Position numbers and translations under genes: made by a program | In this document: positions 25,951-42,640 of the stretch, one piece after another | Layout: each line of letters starts with the position of its first letter | Position numbering within the stretch: the stretch's first letter is position 1 | Notes under the pieces: generated by a model | What the model was told of the DNA's origin: nothing | What the model saw: only the letters and a program-made list of their open reading frames with translations | Database searches by the model: none | Source of the DNA: the human T2T-CHM13v2.0 reference genome, Homo sapiens | Length of the DNA stretch: 64,000 nucleotides | Direction: 5' to 3' (one strand) | Assembly (NCBI RefSeq): GCF_009914755.1 | Contig: NC_060934.1

Positions 25951-26039
25951 CTGATTGAGAGGTGAAGAGGAGCTAATACAGGGAAAATGTTTAGCACATA
26001 GAATAGGTCAATACTACCCCAAAAGCACTGGAGAGTCCC

Positions 26040-26760
26040 TGTGGCGGGCAAGCTCCTGAGTCACCCTTACTCTTGCTTAGATGACTGCAATAACCACCTT
26101 TCTGGTCGCCCTGCTTTAATTTTTGTCTACGTTGGTCCACTCTCCTCACTGTGTCAGAGCGATCTTGTAGAAAAGCAAGTCAGATGATGTCACACTATTG
26201 CTTCAAACCCTACAGTGGGATCCATGGTATTTAGAATAAAGTGCAGGCTCCTTCCCTTGTAAGGCTTGATTTTACCCCCAGCCCACTCTACAGCCTTGTT
26301 TCCTCCACTCTTACCATTGCTCAACCCGCTCTGGCTGCACTCGTTTCTCTGCAGTTGCTTGAAAACGACAAGCGTGCTCCTGCCTCGGGGCCTTTGCATT
26401 CCTTGTTTCCCTTTTGCGGAGTACCCTTTCTTCACAAATTCATGTGGCTGGGTCTCCTAATTCTCTGGGGTGTCTGCTCAAATATGCCCTCATCAGAGAG
26501 GTCTTCCTGGCTCCTCCTATCCAAAAGGGCATGTGTCATCACTCTCTAGCCACTTGCCTCACCTTATGTTTTCACCACAGTGCTTATCATGACTTAAACT
26601 ATTATTATATATATGTATTGATTTATTTGTTGATTGTCTCTCCCACTTGCATATAGGTCCCCCCGTAGTGGGGATTGTGTTCACTGTTGAAACCTCAGCA
26701 CCTAGTAATTAGCATGTAGTATGAGCTCAATAAATATTTGAAATAGGAAAGAAAAAAAGG
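26040..26760 (+). mobile_element. L2 (L2a-like) 3' region
   Basis: CTCCTGCCTCGGGGCCTTTGCATT...CTCATCAGAGAGGTCTTCC...GAGCTCAATAAATATTTGAA 3' end, followed by a GGAA/GGAG-rich tract to ~26840. Confidence 0.8.
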
Positions 26761-27280
26761 AAAGAAGGAAAGGAGGAAGGGAGGAAGAGAGGGAGGGAGG
26801 GAGGAAATGAATGGAGGGGAGGGGAGTGGAGAGGAAGAGAAGTCTACGAATGTGATACCACCTTAGGTTGCACGTCAGACAACTCCATGTAAAGACTTGA
26901 CTACAGAAATGTGGGGTTTTCATCAGTCAATTTCTCCCATCCCCGCTCCATGGTACGAATCTTTTACAGGCATCTCCTTTATTGTATTGCAGGTTCTATT
27001 TCACTTAGACCCCAGGCTGGCTTGCAAGAACAGAATGCATTCTTAAAAGCTACTCTGTGCCAGTTTCACCAAATGCAGTGTTTCAAAGGGTACTTCGGGC
27101 CACTCCTTGTCTTGTTTTCCCTTTTCTGTGATTCGTTATGGTCAAGATGAAAGCAATCTGCCAATAAACCTTTTCAAGGGCACTTTAATTGAGATGCTCA
27201 TGTTCATGTTTTTTAGCCTCAAAACAAAATGCTCAAGGGAAGTCATGTTAGATGAGTTGAAATAAAATCTAGGGCTTTGC

Positions 27281-27580
27281 TTTTTGTTTTTGTTTTTGAG
27301 ACAGAGTCTCACTCTGTCACCCAGGCTGGAGTGCAGTGGTGCAATCTTGGGTCACGTCAACCTCTGCCTCCCGGGTTCAAGTGACTCTCATGCCTCAGCC
27401 TCCTGAATAGCTGGAATTATGGGCGCCCGCCATCACACCTGGCTAATTTTTGTATTTTTAGTAGAGACAAGGTTTCACCATGATGGCCAGGCTGGTCTCA
27501 AACTCCTGACCTCAAGTGATCTGCCCACCTCAACCTCCAAAGTGCTGGGATTACAGGGGTGAACCACCACTGTCCCCAGC
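27281..27580 (-). mobile_element. AluS
   Basis: Full antisense Alu with TSD TAGGGCTTTG (27270-27279 / 27581-27590). Confidence 0.95.
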
Positions 27581-27853
27581 TAGGGCTTTGTTTTTAACAA
27601 ATACACTGCTAACAGTTGGGCAGTGGGGAAATGAGGACCTTCCAAAGAAAGCAGGAGGTAAGTGAGGAAACTAAGAGTATGAATTTGGTGTCTGGCAGAA
27701 CTTGAATTCTAGCTCTAATACTTACAAGTTCTATAACCATGCAAATGTTGCCTATACTCAGTTTTATCACATAAACTAGAATCTTAATTATCTATTCTAT
27801 AGGACTGTTTTGAGGAATAAAATGAGTTGATGAATATGAAATGCTTAGCATAA

Positions 27854-28163
27854 GGCTGGGCATGGTGGCTCACGCCTGTAATCCCAACACTTTGGGAGGC
27901 TGAGGCCAGCAGATCACCTGAGATCGGGAGTTCGAGACTAGCCTGGCCAACATGGCGAAACCCCATCTCTACTAAAAATACAAAAATTAGCCCGGCATGG
28001 CGGTACATGCCTGTAATCCCAGCTACTGGGGAGGCTGAAGGAGGAGAATCGCTTGAACCCAGAGGCAGAGGTTGCCGTCAGCTGAGATCACACCACTGCA
28101 CTCTAGCCTGGGCGACAGAGCAAAACTCTGTCTCAAGAAAACAAAACAATACAAACAAAAAAA
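27854..28163 (+). mobile_element. AluS, inserted in a MIR (~27650-28200)
   Basis: Full Alu with TSD GAAATGCTTAGCA(T/C)AA (27838-27853 / 28164-28179). Confidence 0.95.
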
Positions 28164-29743
28164 GAAATGCTTAGCACAACATCTCTCGCTGTTAAGGGCC
28201 TAGTTAATGTAAGTCCCCTTCACTGTTTTTAAGAGAGAAACATTTGAAGCCTTAAAGCAGTGTTCTCTAACACATTCCATGTTTCATGTTTAGGACAAGA
28301 GAGCTGATTTCCCCCTAATGACTGAATGAGAAGGCAGTACAAGGAAAAGCTTCTGGGATTACTAGAAAGTGGAGAATGTCTGACTATGAATAAAATTGCT
28401 GTGGAAAGATCCAGCTCCTCAGCCAGCAAAGCACTGAGTTGCTACCAGGAAAGCAAATAGCAGAACCTGGCACAGCTGAGGTTTAAGGGGAGGTTCTTTT
28501 GACAGAGGCTATAACAGACATCTCTGAAATCTGAGACCTGTCAAAGACTACAACTACACCCTTCCCAGCCTCCCCAGGAACCATGACCGCCCTCCATCCA
28601 AAGCACTTTGAAGGGAAGACGAACTCAGCAGGCAAAGGTGAAACCAAGAAGTCGTAGTCCTCTGTGAACTCAAGCCAAGCTTTTACTTTCAAAGGGAAAC
28701 CAATATCTAGGTTAATCAGAAACGTTAGGTGAATGACTTGCTCTATAGAAGCTGGCCAGAGATGAGAGGAAACAAATAGTTCTCTCATCCTTGAAACCAA
28801 AACAAGCTTTAATACATTTCAAAACACAAACTTATCTAAGTGGATGGTCAGGGAGGCTGGCTACACAAGGCACCCTCTTTTCCACTAGTGGTTCCAAGTC
28901 CCCCAACAACACTATCTCCACATAAAGTGCTAGAGGAAAATCTCCATTTTCATTTAATTTGAGTGGAAAGCAAAGCTGTGGAACCAAAATCTCCCTCCTC
29001 TTTTAAGCAGCTGAATCACCGTAATGGTGAGCTCGGACACCCCAGGGCAAACAGGAAATGAGTAAATATTGTCAGGGTTTGAAATTGCCATTTTCCCCTA
29101 AAGCATGTGTATATGCAGCAGAAGCAAGAACACAGCAAAGTATGCTAAACCAAGAGTCAAAAATACGCTTTATTCTCTAGCAACATACTCATGATTGAGC
29201 CCTCAATCTTTTAGGCCAGTCCTGATTCTTGTTTTATACTTTACAATAATGACTCTTTATTAAACAAATCCTAAATATAGTAGTGTATGCCTTTCACATA
29301 AATAGAAATATAAAAAGAAATCTTTTGTAAAGACTATATGACCAAATATTTTGGTTACCATATTAATTTGAATTCATTTAAGTTACCTCCCTAGGCTCTC
29401 TTTCCTTTTCATTTTTCAGGTTCTCCCTGAGGAGTGTTACTTACCTGTTCTCCAATGACTCCATAATCTGTAGTGGACTCACATCTTATGCATGACTTAG
29501 GTCCCAAATTAGAGACCAAGGCAAAATTTATGAACATTACCAAAATCATCCATGAACTTCTATTCTGCACTCAGCCAAGCAAAATGCTCCCTTCATGAGA
29601 GGCACATAAAAACTGAGATTTACCAGGAATCACAGACCCCTGCCTCCCATCATATGCTCACTCCAAGATGTTTGTCTTATCGAATAGTAGATTCCACCTA
29701 TGCCCTACCTGTTATTCTCCCTTTTGCTCTTTCTTTTGGAGAA

Positions 29744-33819
<4,076 letters not shown>

Positions 33820-33839
33820 AAGACTCTTCTCCTGATTTC

Positions 33840-34170
33840 AACATCCCTGTATTAAAAAGCCTTCCGGACTTCTTCCCCATGTTGTCCCCACAAGCACTTC
33901 AAACTCACTGTGCTCCTTACTGTCATAATGACTTTCCTGTCAAATCTATGCTCCTTTCTTTCTGATCTTGGTTAATAAAACCATCTAAGCCTAATACCTG
34001 AGATCAGCTTCTCCTCTAAGCTTCTCCACATCTATTCAATTCCAAGTCTCATCAATCCCAAACCTTAAATATCTATCCCAGACTCACTGCCGTCTCCTCT
34101 TCTTTTTTCCTCTTTCTTTTTTCCTTTCAACCATAGCAGCCTCCCAACTGGTCTTTCCGCCTCCAGCTTC
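33840..34170 (+). mobile_element. L2 fragment
   Basis: CAAGCACTTCAAACTCA...ATAGCAGCCTCCCAACTGGTCTTTCCGCCTCCAG. Confidence 0.55.
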
Positions 34171-34174
34171 ATCT

Positions 34175-34305
34175 CCTCTAGATTCAGTGTGTAAGAGTCA
34201 CTTGGAGAGCTTATTAAAGCACAGATCGCTGGACCCTTGGCTCATCCCCAGAGGGTCTGCTTCAGAAATGCTGATGCTGCCAGCCCACTTTGAGTAGCAC
34301 TGCTC
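34175..34305. mobile_element. MER5A-like fragment
   Basis: GAGTCACTTGGAGAGCTTATTAAAGCACAGATCGCTGG...CACTTTGAGTAGCACTG. Confidence 0.65.
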
Positions 34306-34382
34306 TACTCAAAGAGAATTTGTTTTCTAAAATGCAACTCCAATATGTCCCTTTCTTCTAGAGAATAACATTCACACTTCCC

Positions 34383-34832
34383 ATATTAATTAGGATCTCT
34401 CTCTCCCTCTTTTTCCTGGAAGACATGGCATACTCAAAGAGGAATATGCCTACTTTGAGAAGAGCATAGTAAAGGGACTATTTACAAAGAGCAGAAAGGA
34501 TAATGCAGCAACAGTCATGCCCCATTACCACTGCTGGGCCTGAGAAGGGGTGCAGATGGATGGTTACCAGAACCCAGACACAGAAAGAATTTCATTAGTG
34601 TCATGGAAAGGGCCATCCAACAGGAGCTGTGAGCTTTGGATGAGAGAGGCAGCCAGCCTGAACTCATCTTCTCCATTCATCCAGTCTTCTGCCGGTGCTC
34701 CCTATTAGCAGAATCCACCTCAAAGGCAGAGAACAAGGGAGCCCACTGATGTAGCCCAGGTCAGCCACAGGAGAGACAGAGTGCGTAGAAAAGGGTTGGG
34801 GAGTGGAATTGGAGTGGCAAGTGTAAGATACG
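34383..34832 (-). mobile_element. ERVL LTR33-like solo LTR
   Basis: ATGGCATACTCAAA...TAAAGGGACTATTTACAAAG...GGTTACCAGAACCCAGA...GGCAGAGAACAAGGGAGCCCACTGATG. Confidence 0.65.
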
Positions 34833-35759
34833 TGGCTCTATAATATTGTACTTAGAGTTCAGGAAATATTTAATGAAATGAAATGGCTTTATCTTCTCAG
34901 AGTGGTGAATGGCCCATTGGGCTGAGAATGCTAAATGATACTGGGCACAAATCCTAATTATGAGCAAACACAGGCTTTCCTGACAGTGGCATTCCTTTAA
35001 AATAATGGGACACTTCTGATGTGTCTGTAGGCCAGATAGAAGAGAACCAGGTGGACAGCTGGAGACTGGAGAGGACAGGAGAAAGGAAGCACATTACTCA
35101 TTCCCTTGGAAAAAGCAGTAGAAGAACGAGTCCCTGATGGCTAACAGATGTTATGCAAAAGTTCCGAGTCCAGGGTCTCCCGCTGCTTTCATTCCCCACA
35201 AGAACATGATCCTGCAAAGTTTAGTTCTTGTGGAGAGCACATTGCAGAACAATTTGCTTGTACAGTGGATGTGGACATTCCTCTCACACCCCTTCATTTA
35301 CTAGTTGGCTTTATTTAACAGCAGAGCTGCTTTTGTAAAAGAAGATGAAATTGGAGACTTCATGGAGAAGAACAAGATGGCTTAGATTAACAGTCACAGT
35401 TGTATCTGAGAGAATGACTGAAAATATGGGTTATACATCATATATTCCATTTAATCAGCAAAGTTATATTAAGCATCTATTCTGTGCAGAAACTAGGATA
35501 AGAGATAAGGATAAAAAGATGGAATCAGAAATATGAGCTTATAGTCTGGAACAGGGAATAAGACATTTATATAAACAGTTAAAATAGAAAGTAAAGAATT
35601 ATAACACATGACAGAGAGGAGATGCAGATGAAGTGACTACCCCAGGATCGGTAGAGATGAACATCTAAGAGGAAGAAGCACATGTAAAGGCAAGTGGTCG
35701 AGAAAGCATTGAGTACATACAGGTGAAGCTTGAAGTAGGATTTAAAATTAGAAAAGTAA

Positions 35760-36071
<312 letters not shown>

Positions 36072-36197
36072 TAAAATTAGAAAAGTAGAGTAAGCAATAT
36101 CACAGAAGGCCTAGAAGACCAGGTTAAGGAGCAGGACCTGGATCTGCTGCACATCAGAGCACCAATTAATAGTCTGCATTAAGAAACAATATATGCA

Positions 36198-36507
36198 CAG
36201 CTGTTCTTCTCAACTAGTAGCAGTGTATAGGGAACATCTTTGGACTCTAAACTTATTGTATCAGGCATCCTGTAAATAAAAATATTTTTGGGTGTGCAAT
36301 AAATACATATTTATTTATAAATTATATATGCAAGTCACTGTTCTAGTGTACTATGTACTTAATAAGGCATATATCAAAAGACAGACACTAAGAAATGAAA
36401 ATATGCAAGATAAGTAAATAGAAGTGCTAATATTTTCTTCCTACATTCCAATGGACTGCTTTTGTGTGTTCCCTTGGGTCTGTATCCTCTGTTCTTAGAG
36501 ACCACTA
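36198..36507. mobile_element. Non-autonomous hAT-like DNA element, family unassigned
   Basis: CAG..TTCTCAA / GAGACCACT-type ends around an AT-rich core (ATATTTATTTATAAATTATATA, AATAGAAGTGCTAATATTTTCTTCC). Confidence 0.45.
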
Positions 36508-37194
36508 AGAAACAGGCAACCTTCCAAGGAGATGATAGGAAACTTTTCAATATGTGCCCGTGCCTTGGAGTGGAAGATCATATGTCTATTTCAGGGGCTG
36601 GGTAGCCTGTGGACAAAGACTGAATGGGGAAGAGGCAGGAAATGGGGATTTTATTAGGGAGGATTAAGTGAAGCCCCAAATTAGGCTACACACAGTGGGA
36701 GCTGTTCAGTTTCTTGTCTCCAAGATCATTTTTTGAATTCATTCTCAGCACTGCCCATGACACAGAGGACATGAAGTAAGCTCCCATCTTCAAGGAACTT
36801 TCTTTATTTTGAAGCAGAGTTAATAAACATGCCTAGGGGTAGCAAGAGATATGCATCATTAACATGCTCAAAGAGCTAAAGGAACAGAGGCTAGAGACAG
36901 CTCACTTCCCAAGGGGAGGGGACAGGAGAGGAGTCAGAAAGGAGTATCTCCAGGAAATGATTGAGCTGGCCCTGGAAACATGGTTAGACTTCCTCCTGGT
37001 AGCGGTGGCTATTCTAGGTTAAAACCAGGGGCTGCAGCCAGGAAGTGGTGTGTAGTCCAGCATTATTACAGCACAACAGATAAGAAAGGTGGGCTCAGGC
37101 TAATTTATAGATAGCAGAGGACCCTGAGTGTCAGGCCAAGGAGTCTGGACTGGAGGAGGAGAGTGGTAGCAAGATCACTGTGTCCGTAGCCACA

Positions 37195-37440
37195 CCAATT
37201 GCTACCATTTATGAAACTTCACTATTTATCAGACCCTGTATCGATCCCTTTACCTACATCATGCCATTGAGGCCTTCCAGAATCCCTCTGAGTTGGATAC
37301 TCTCATTGTCCCCACTTTAAAGAAGAAAAAACTGAAGCAAATTGTTCAAGCAACTTATCTGAGGTTACACAACTGATTAGAGGCCAAGCTGCTGTTTGAC
37401 CGCATATCAAACTCAAAGCCAAAATTCTTTACCATGTGCC
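37195..37440 (-). mobile_element. MIR
   Basis: GCTACCATTTATGAAAC...CCCCACTTTAAAGAAGAAAAAACTGAAGC...GAGGTTACACAACT. Confidence 0.65.
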
Positions 37441-37799
37441 CATCACAGGGTGCTGGAGCTAGCCTATCATAAGTGTAGGATGAGATGGAATGGGGAAGAG
37501 ACACTGAGGGTGAGAAAGTCAGCAGATTCTACTCCAAGAGGGCTCCAAGCACCACTTACGGCTTCAGCTAGAGCAGGAGAGAACAGAATCAGGAGCCAGG
37601 CTGCAGCTGGAATTGACAGAACCCAGGACCCACTACCCTTGGAGAAAAGCAGGAAGGGATGGGAAAAGGGAGATCCTCAGGCAAGCATCAGTAGTGAGTG
37701 GGAAAGTGTAGCTGGAGGGCAAAGAGCAGGCCATCAAAGAAGGAGGGTCCAGTACACACAGGTTCATCTCTGTCATCATCTCCTCCTCCAAGGCAAGAT

Positions 37800-38040
37800 G
37801 AATCATGGAAACAGCTCAGGCTCCAGAGTCCAAAGACTTTGTTTTGATGGCAACTTCTTCTGCCACCCAGCAGCTTATGTGACTGGAGCAGCCCTGTGTT
37901 CCTGACTCACTGTCCTCGGTAAACCAGGGTGATGACCCCACTTCCCAGGACTTTTCTGAGGATGAAATTAAAGGATGCATAAAAAGCACTAGCCCAGGGT
38001 CTGATTTTAATAAACCCTCAAGAAATATTTATTCCTTCCC
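37800..38040 (+). mobile_element. MIR
   Basis: CAGGCTCCAGAGTCCAAAGAC...TGAGGATGAAATTAAAGGATGCATAAAAAGCACTAGC. Confidence 0.6.
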
Positions 38041-39392
38041 CTCCTCTTCCTTAAATTAAGAAATCAGAATGTTTTAATGAAGCTGGGGTGGATACATGTT
38101 ATCTTAAAACCTGAGAGCAAAATTCCTCTTAGAGAAAACACAGTCTGTTATTTAGAAAAACCTCTTGGATAGCAATTCGGGTTGTGAAAAGATGGGTTCT
38201 AGACAAGATATCGAAGATGGAGGAGATAAAAGAAAGCCAAAAAGTAAGCAGATCAGTGGAATAAAATAAATGTATTAAATATGCCAAGATGAAGGAGATA
38301 GGGGCGGAGTGTCCGGGAACAGGTAGAAATTGACAGACATAAATTGGTCCACAAAAAAAAGGAAGACAACTCTAGTAAAATGCAAGGAGGCCAGCGCCTG
38401 GGAACAGAAGACAGCAAGTGAGATGTTCCTGACAGTGGCAAAAGGCCAGGGGAGATTTATAGGCCAGGATCGTCTCACAAATGATTCAAGATGTATATCA
38501 GGAATGTGTTGAAACTCCTCCTCAGTAAAAGTCTACTCCATCAGCTGTCTTGACTTGGGGATGCTGTAGGGGAAATTTTTTAAAGGGTTAGTGGCACATT
38601 TGGGTGAACATGGGAAAATGGAAACAACAGCCAGAGAAGGTGAACATAGGCAAAGATCAAGAATTACTCAGTGACAGCAGTAAACTGGAGAAAGAGGCAG
38701 GAAAGAGAAAGTCAGCTTCCACAAGTTCATGAGAAGATTAAGATTGGAATGGGACTTCTGCCATATGTGAGACAGGGAGCACAAGCAGTTTTTTATTTCT
38801 TGTTAAATATTAAAGGAGAAGATGACCTCATAAGTCTTCAGGACTTGGATTTCTAGATAGTTAGTACTTGAAATATTTATGTAACCCAGATATTAATCGC
38901 AGCTCCTTACCCCTCAACGATTCCATTGAACTTGGCTTGAACCCCACTTCTAAGCATGAGTCCAAATAGCACCACCACCCACTGTCTGTGAATTTCCAGC
39001 CTCACTTCCTTATGGTTCCTCTATCCCTGTTCCTTTGCCAGTACCTAGCATCTCCCTTCTATTTCCTACAAAATCCCACAAAAATGTCCAGGTGAGTTAA
39101 GCACCTCTGAGTCTAATAACTTGACTGCATAGTCACCTGCCAAACGCTTTCCATCTTACAAAGGCCATTGCCCACAAATGCTCCTCTCTGCGGTCTCACC
39201 CCTGAGATGTGTGGCTGGCCCTCCCTGGGGAGCAGATTTGCAATCCTGTCTGACTTACCCAGCTCACCCACTCACCACCTCAATTCTACGGATTGCAGGC
39301 TTTTCATCTTTTCACTTACCGAGTGTCTCAAAAGTCAGTGCAGTTTTAAGCAGGCATTAAGACTTTCAGGACACTGTACAAAAGTTTATTTT

Positions 39393-39693
39393 TTTATTTT
39401 TCTTTTTTGAGACGGAGTCTTGATCTGTCTCCCAGGCTGGAGTGCAGTGGCGCGATCTCGGCTCACTGCAACCTCTGCCTCCCGGGTTTTACGCCATTCT
39501 CCTTCCTCAGCCTCCTGAGTAGCTGGGACTACAGGCATGCACCACCTATGCCTGGCTAATTTTTTTTGTATTTTTAGTAGAGATGGGGTTTCACTGTGTT
39601 AGCCAGGATGGTCTCGAACTCCTGACCTTGTGATCCGCCCGCCTCGGCCTCCCAAAGTGCTGGGATTACAGGTGTGAGCCACCACGCCCAGCC
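39393..39693 (-). mobile_element. AluY/AluSc-like
   Basis: ACGCCATTCTCC and GTGTTAGCCAGGATGGTCTC diagnostics. TSD AAAAGTTTATTTT (39380-39392 / 39694-39706). Confidence 0.95.
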
Positions 39694-39920
39694 AAAAGTT
39701 TATTTTAAGAGTAGAGTTTTTTTGTTTTTTTTCTTTTAACTTTGTTCTTTTTTTCTTTTTCTTTTTCTTCAACTTTACACTGAGGTTGGATCAGGCCAAT
39801 AGAAAGTGGTAATAAGAAGTGGAGTAATGAGTAATGAGAACAATTCCCATGGTTTCAAATTTTTTCTTCCAAGCCCATTTGAAACTTCCCAGGGACTCTC
39901 TGTCTCTCTCACATTGACTG

Positions 39921-39956
39921 ACACACACACACACACACACACGCACACACACACGC
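39921..39956. repeat. (CA)n microsatellite
   Basis: Seen directly. Confidence 0.95.
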
Positions 39957-40607
39957 ATGCAACAACAGCCACCCAGGTCAGTCCAGCAGCCTGTTCCTGA
40001 CTGAATCACGGGACAGCCAGAGCTACTAGAGGTACATCACTCTGACCAATGGCACCTGCCCGAATGCTCATTACCTCGTCAGCAGAGATGGCACCCAGAA
40101 CAAAAGCAGGACAATGAAAAAAGAGGAAGCTGGGGACATTTCCATATCTGCTTCTCAAGCTCAAGGGCATCTTTATCTCCTATGTTCAGAGCTACCATGT
40201 GCTTGGCTGGCCCTTCTCCTGGCCCTCAAGGATCAATATTCAATGCCTATTGGGTCAGAAAGGCTTGAAGGGGACTCACAGTCCTCTTCCCAATTCTCCT
40301 TCCCAATTCCCCTAAGCTCATAGGATCTATAATCTGCCTCTGCCTCTTTCTGGCCATGTGGTCTTGGACAAGTCTTGTTTCCTGAGTGTGTTTTCTCATC
40401 TATAAAAGCTGGGGGTTGGTAGCAACACTAGAGGGTCATCACAGCTTTAGCAGTCTAAGCCATGACCTCAGTGTTTACAGAACTGGAAATCAAAACTTCT
40501 TTGCCTCCAGGTGGGAGGATGCACCTCTCTTGTGATTACAACTACTTATTTTTAAGAAAGCTCTCACATAAAGGAAGCATTAAATTCCTTTTTTAGCAAA
40601 CATTTAC

Positions 40608-40770
40608 AGTGTATGTGCATGCAAGTGTGTGCAGGTACACGTGTGCATGCACACATACATTTTTAGGACTCAGATATATATATATATATATCTGTTTTAG
40701 ATAAACATATATATACACATATAAAATATATATGTTTATATAAATATATAAAAACATATATAGATACATT
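40608..40770. repeat. (TG/CA)- and (TA)-rich low-complexity tract
   Basis: Alternating purine-pyrimidine runs seen directly. Confidence 0.85.
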
Positions 40771-41040
40771 TGTCACCCAGGCTGGAGCGCAGTGGCATAA
40801 TCTTGGCTTACTGCAGCCTCAACCTCCTGGGGGGGTCAAGTGATCTTCCCACCTCAGCCTCTTGCAATAGCTAGGTCTACAGGTATGTGACATCACACCC
40901 AGCTAATTTTTAAATAGTTTGTAGAGACAGTATTCTCACTGTGTTACCCAGGCTAGTCTTGAACAACTTGGCTCAAGTGATCCTCCCATCTCAGCCTTCC
41001 AAAATGTTGGGATTATAGATGTGAGCCACTGTGCCCAGCC
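40771..41040 (-). mobile_element. AluJ-like, lacking its 3' end and tail
   Basis: TGTCACCCAGGCTGGAGCGCAGTGG...GTGAGCCACTGTGCCCAGCC, abutting the TA-rich tract. Confidence 0.9.
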
Positions 41041-42100
41041 AGTTTTATATTTAAAATATATACACTTTGAAAGTTCTTAAGGTTTTGTCTTCTTCATTTT
41101 TATGTGAAATTTCTCAACCTCCTCCATAGCCGACATTTACATTGCACTTTTCACTGGCCAGGCAGGTCCTGTCTAAAGTGCTTTCCGTGTTAAGTCAGTA
41201 ATGCTCACAACAGCCCTATAGGGAAGGCATCTTCCAAAATGCACTCTGACGGAAAGTTCGATAGACAACCATGATGGACAGAGATGCCCTGAGGCTGTTT
41301 TGTCTCCAATGTCTCCATTTTGTACTTCCCCTCTGGGAAAGGGAGGTAGGGAGGGGAGCCAGGGCTCTGCATTCTTGCAGCCCGCTGTCTCCCACACTGC
41401 CACCTGCATCTGCCCTGGGGCTGTCTCCTCAAAGTAGCAGCAGGCTGTCACATCCTCTTCCCATGTAATTGCAGAAGTAGCTTCCTCTGACTCAATTTGT
41501 CCTCTGGGTACAAATAATTCGGTTACAAAGGTTGAGACCAGGGCTCAGGTGATTGCAAACAGAAAACTGAGCCTCATGGGCCATACTAGAAAAAACACGC
41601 AGAGTTCACTGCTGAGATCAGATGCAGAGGCTGGAAGAGAATAAGCAATAAAAGTGCCGTTTAAAGTCTTCATTTACTTCCCTAACAATGGCTCTTTCCA
41701 CTCCTTTTCGTTATAAGCTTATTAAATATTTTATCTGTTTCCACTGCCTTGAATCCTTTTCATCTCGTCTATTCCATCTTCCAAACTTTCTACAGGAAAG
41801 AAATGTGTCTTTGTTGTTTTTCTTAGAATGAATAAATCCTTCCCATCTAGGTGACTCTTTCTCATTGCTGCTAGAACCATTGTTTAAGTGCCTAGGTCTT
41901 TGTGACCAGCATTAGGAGAATTCTAGAGCCAAGACTGCTGTCATCTGCAGCCTTCTGGCACTTGCAGGTAGAATTAAATGTGTGTGTGTGTGCACTTGTG
42001 CACATGGTTGTATCAATTTCTTAACACAATTACACTTATTACAGAGAGCAGAAAACACTTTCTGCGGGAGGCTTTGTTCAAACTCCTGTCCCATTTTCTT

Positions 42101-42395
42101 TTTTTTTTTTTTTCGAGACGGAGTCTCGCTCTGTCACCCAGGCTGGAGGGCAGCGGTGCAATCTCAGCTCACTGCAAGCTCCGCCTCCCGGGTTCACGCC
42201 ACTCTCCTGCCTCAGCCTCCTGAGTAGCTGGGACTACAGGCGCCCACCACCACACCTGGCTAATTTTTTGTATTTTTAGTAGAGATGGGGTTTCACCGTG
42301 TTAGCCAGGATGGTCTCAATCTCCTGACCTCATGTTCCGCCCACCTTGGCCTCCCAAAGTGCTGGGATTACAGGTGTGAGCCACCGTGCCCGGCC
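42101..42395 (-). mobile_element. AluY
   Basis: GCAAGCTCCGCCTCCCGGGTTCACGCC diagnostic. Perfect 19-bp TSD ACTCCTGTCCCATTTTCTT (42082-42100 / 42396-42414) at a TCTT/AA endonuclease site. Confidence 0.96.
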
Positions 42396-42419
42396 ACTCC
42401 TGTCCCATTTTCTTAAGAA

Positions 42420-42640
42420 GACTTCTCTCTGTTGTACAAACACCACTATACCAATTATTTTATGGCATATGTTTATTTGCATGTCTGTCTCCCCTCTAGC
42501 TAGAGTTTTTAGTACCAGGGACAATTTCCAAGATACATCTTTGAATTCCTAGGCCCTAGCATAGTTCTTGGCACCTAGAAGGTACTCAGTAATTGCCTTT
42601 TGCATGAATGAATGAATGAACAAATGAACAAATGAATGTC
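42420..42640 (+). mobile_element. L2 3' end
   Basis: CCTAGCATAGTTCTTGGCACCTAGAAGGTACTCAGTAA...TGAATGAATGAATGAA. Confidence 0.75.

Larger units (their letters stand above)
25000..26015 (+). mobile_element. MIR in three pieces (~25000-25120, ~25345-25375, ~25955-26015), split by MER58A and MLT1
   Basis: GGAATCAGACAGACTTGGATTTGAGTCCTAGCTCTGCCACTTAC..., then ATCTACAAGATAGGGGTGATGATACC, then GCTAATACAGGGAAAATGTTTAGCACA. Confidence 0.6.

Noticed and set aside
37396-37905. 169-aa ORF
   Set aside because: Non-ATG start, both ends lie in MIR remnants, and it has no recognisable domain.
40075-40100. CTCF-like AGCAGAGATGGCAC and nearby CCAAT
   Set aside because: Only the 3' half of the CTCF motif matches, and there is no CpG island or other promoter support.
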